The notes under the pieces are model-generated. The model worked only from the letters and a program-made list of their open reading frames with translations. It did no database searches and was not told the DNA's origin. The position numbers were made by a program, and so were the translations under genes. A DNA stretch of 63,040 nt, filler included, from Octopus bimaculoides (taxonomy: Eukaryota): the NCBI RefSeq assembly GCF_001194135.2. It is 6 parts of 6 records of this genome, joined end to end, with 100 filler letters (N's around TTAATTAATTAA, not from the genome) between each part and the next. Parts side by side here need not be neighbours in the genome. Positions count along the whole stretch, not along the records: positions 60,055 to 63,040 come from NC_068987.1; 5 more parts are not named here. One strand, 5' to 3'. Below, one piece after another: positions 62,185 to 63,040 of this stretch (position 1 is its first letter; every line of letters starts with the position of its first letter).

Positions 62185-62665
62185 GTGTAGATAAACACAG
62201 AGTGTAGATGCTGACTGGAAACACAAAGTATTTTGATGTTGACTGGACAAATAAGCAGAGTGTGTAATATTGAGTGAGTAGAGAAACAAAGTGTGCGTGT
62301 GTTGACTGGATACACTGGCACAGCATTTAGATGTTAACTGAGTCGAGAGAAACATGATGAAAATGTTGACTGGATAGAGAGCCAAAGTGTGCATGTGTTC
62401 ACTGGATAAATATTGCATGTAATATTGACTCTATAAATAGACACAGTGTACATCTTGATTGAAGAGATAGACATGGTATATAGATTTTGACTGGAGAGAT
62501 AGACACGATGTGTAGATGTTTATTAGCTGGATAATCAGAGTGGGTAGAGGCTGACGAAATAGATACGATGTATACATGTTGGTTAGATAAATAGTCACGA
62601 CGTGCGGATGTTTACTTTCGAAGCTTCTTATATTGATTCTTATCCCAAATATACTGGAACGAAGG

Positions 62666-63040
62666 TGTTGTATTTCACTCGGAAGACTCGCAGAGATAAC
62701 ACAACGAGTTATACAAATTAATTATTAAATTTATTATTCAATTACATACAAAGAACGCACTCACCCAATGTTCGTTATGAATAAACAAAAGTCATGTCCG
62801 CCATATATATATCAATGACATTTTACTACGACAGTCACACAAGACAACAACAATGAAACAATGAACTCAGACGAACCACGGTGACACATGGAACGTCAAA
62901 CGAATGACATATCCAACAGTCCATATAACAGAAGGGGTATTTATCACTCTTCAACGAGGAAGTGGAGTGGCTTTTCTTGTCGCCTTTTGAGAGGTATATA
63001 ACTTGGCATGACTCGTATCGGCGGTTGCGACACATCATTC
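62666..63040 (-). mobile_element. Possible LTR 3' end continuing beyond the window
   Basis: Minus strand ends ...GAAATACAACA, with AATAAA about 65 nt upstream (62730-62735) and a TATA-like GATAAATA further upstream; other end not visible. Confidence 0.4.

Larger units (their letters stand above)
60880..62620. repeat. Degenerate minisatellite of about 31 bp (GTGTAGATGTTGACTGGATAGATAGACACAA-like) in two blocks, 60880-61158 and 62185-62620
   Basis: Recurring (A/G)T(A/G)TTGACTGG at about 28-33 bp spacing; about 14 units in the right block. Confidence 0.8.

Noticed and set aside
62185-62620. Periodic 31-bp pattern as a CRISPR-like array
   Set aside because: Units are contiguous and degenerate, with no conserved repeat plus unique spacer structure, no cas genes and an animal context.

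Overview
AT-rich, microsatellite-dense, gapped animal genomic DNA. The SINE families, simple-repeat load and transposon mix suggest a cephalopod (Octopus-like) assembly; this is inference and needs BLAST/Dfam confirmation. I recognise no complete host protein-coding gene. The window is a layered transposable-element landscape. It holds mariner (D34D), maT-like and a full-length DD36E Tc1-like element, a near-complete 5.5-kb Helitron, an RTE LINE ending in three C2H2 fingers, CR1-like, RLE and Penelope fragments, solo LTRs, a hAT MITE, and more than 25 tRNA-derived SINE pieces. Most ORFs in the supplied track are artefacts of microsatellites or N gaps. The most notable observations: (1) several minimal Penelope-type hammerhead ribozyme motifs, the best at 55938-55999 (-); (2) at least seven local fold-back (inverted-repeat) structures, including a SINE head-to-head hairpin whose inner 96 bp are homogenised; (3) a shared 3' tail linking the commonest SINE to a CR1-like LINE; (4) a three-layer minisatellite > hAT > LTR nest with its target-site duplications readable; (5) a CpG-decay contrast and an ETS-motif/short-exon candidate near 16.05 kb, hinting that much of the window is intron of an unrecognised gene. 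All alignments and counts were done by eye.
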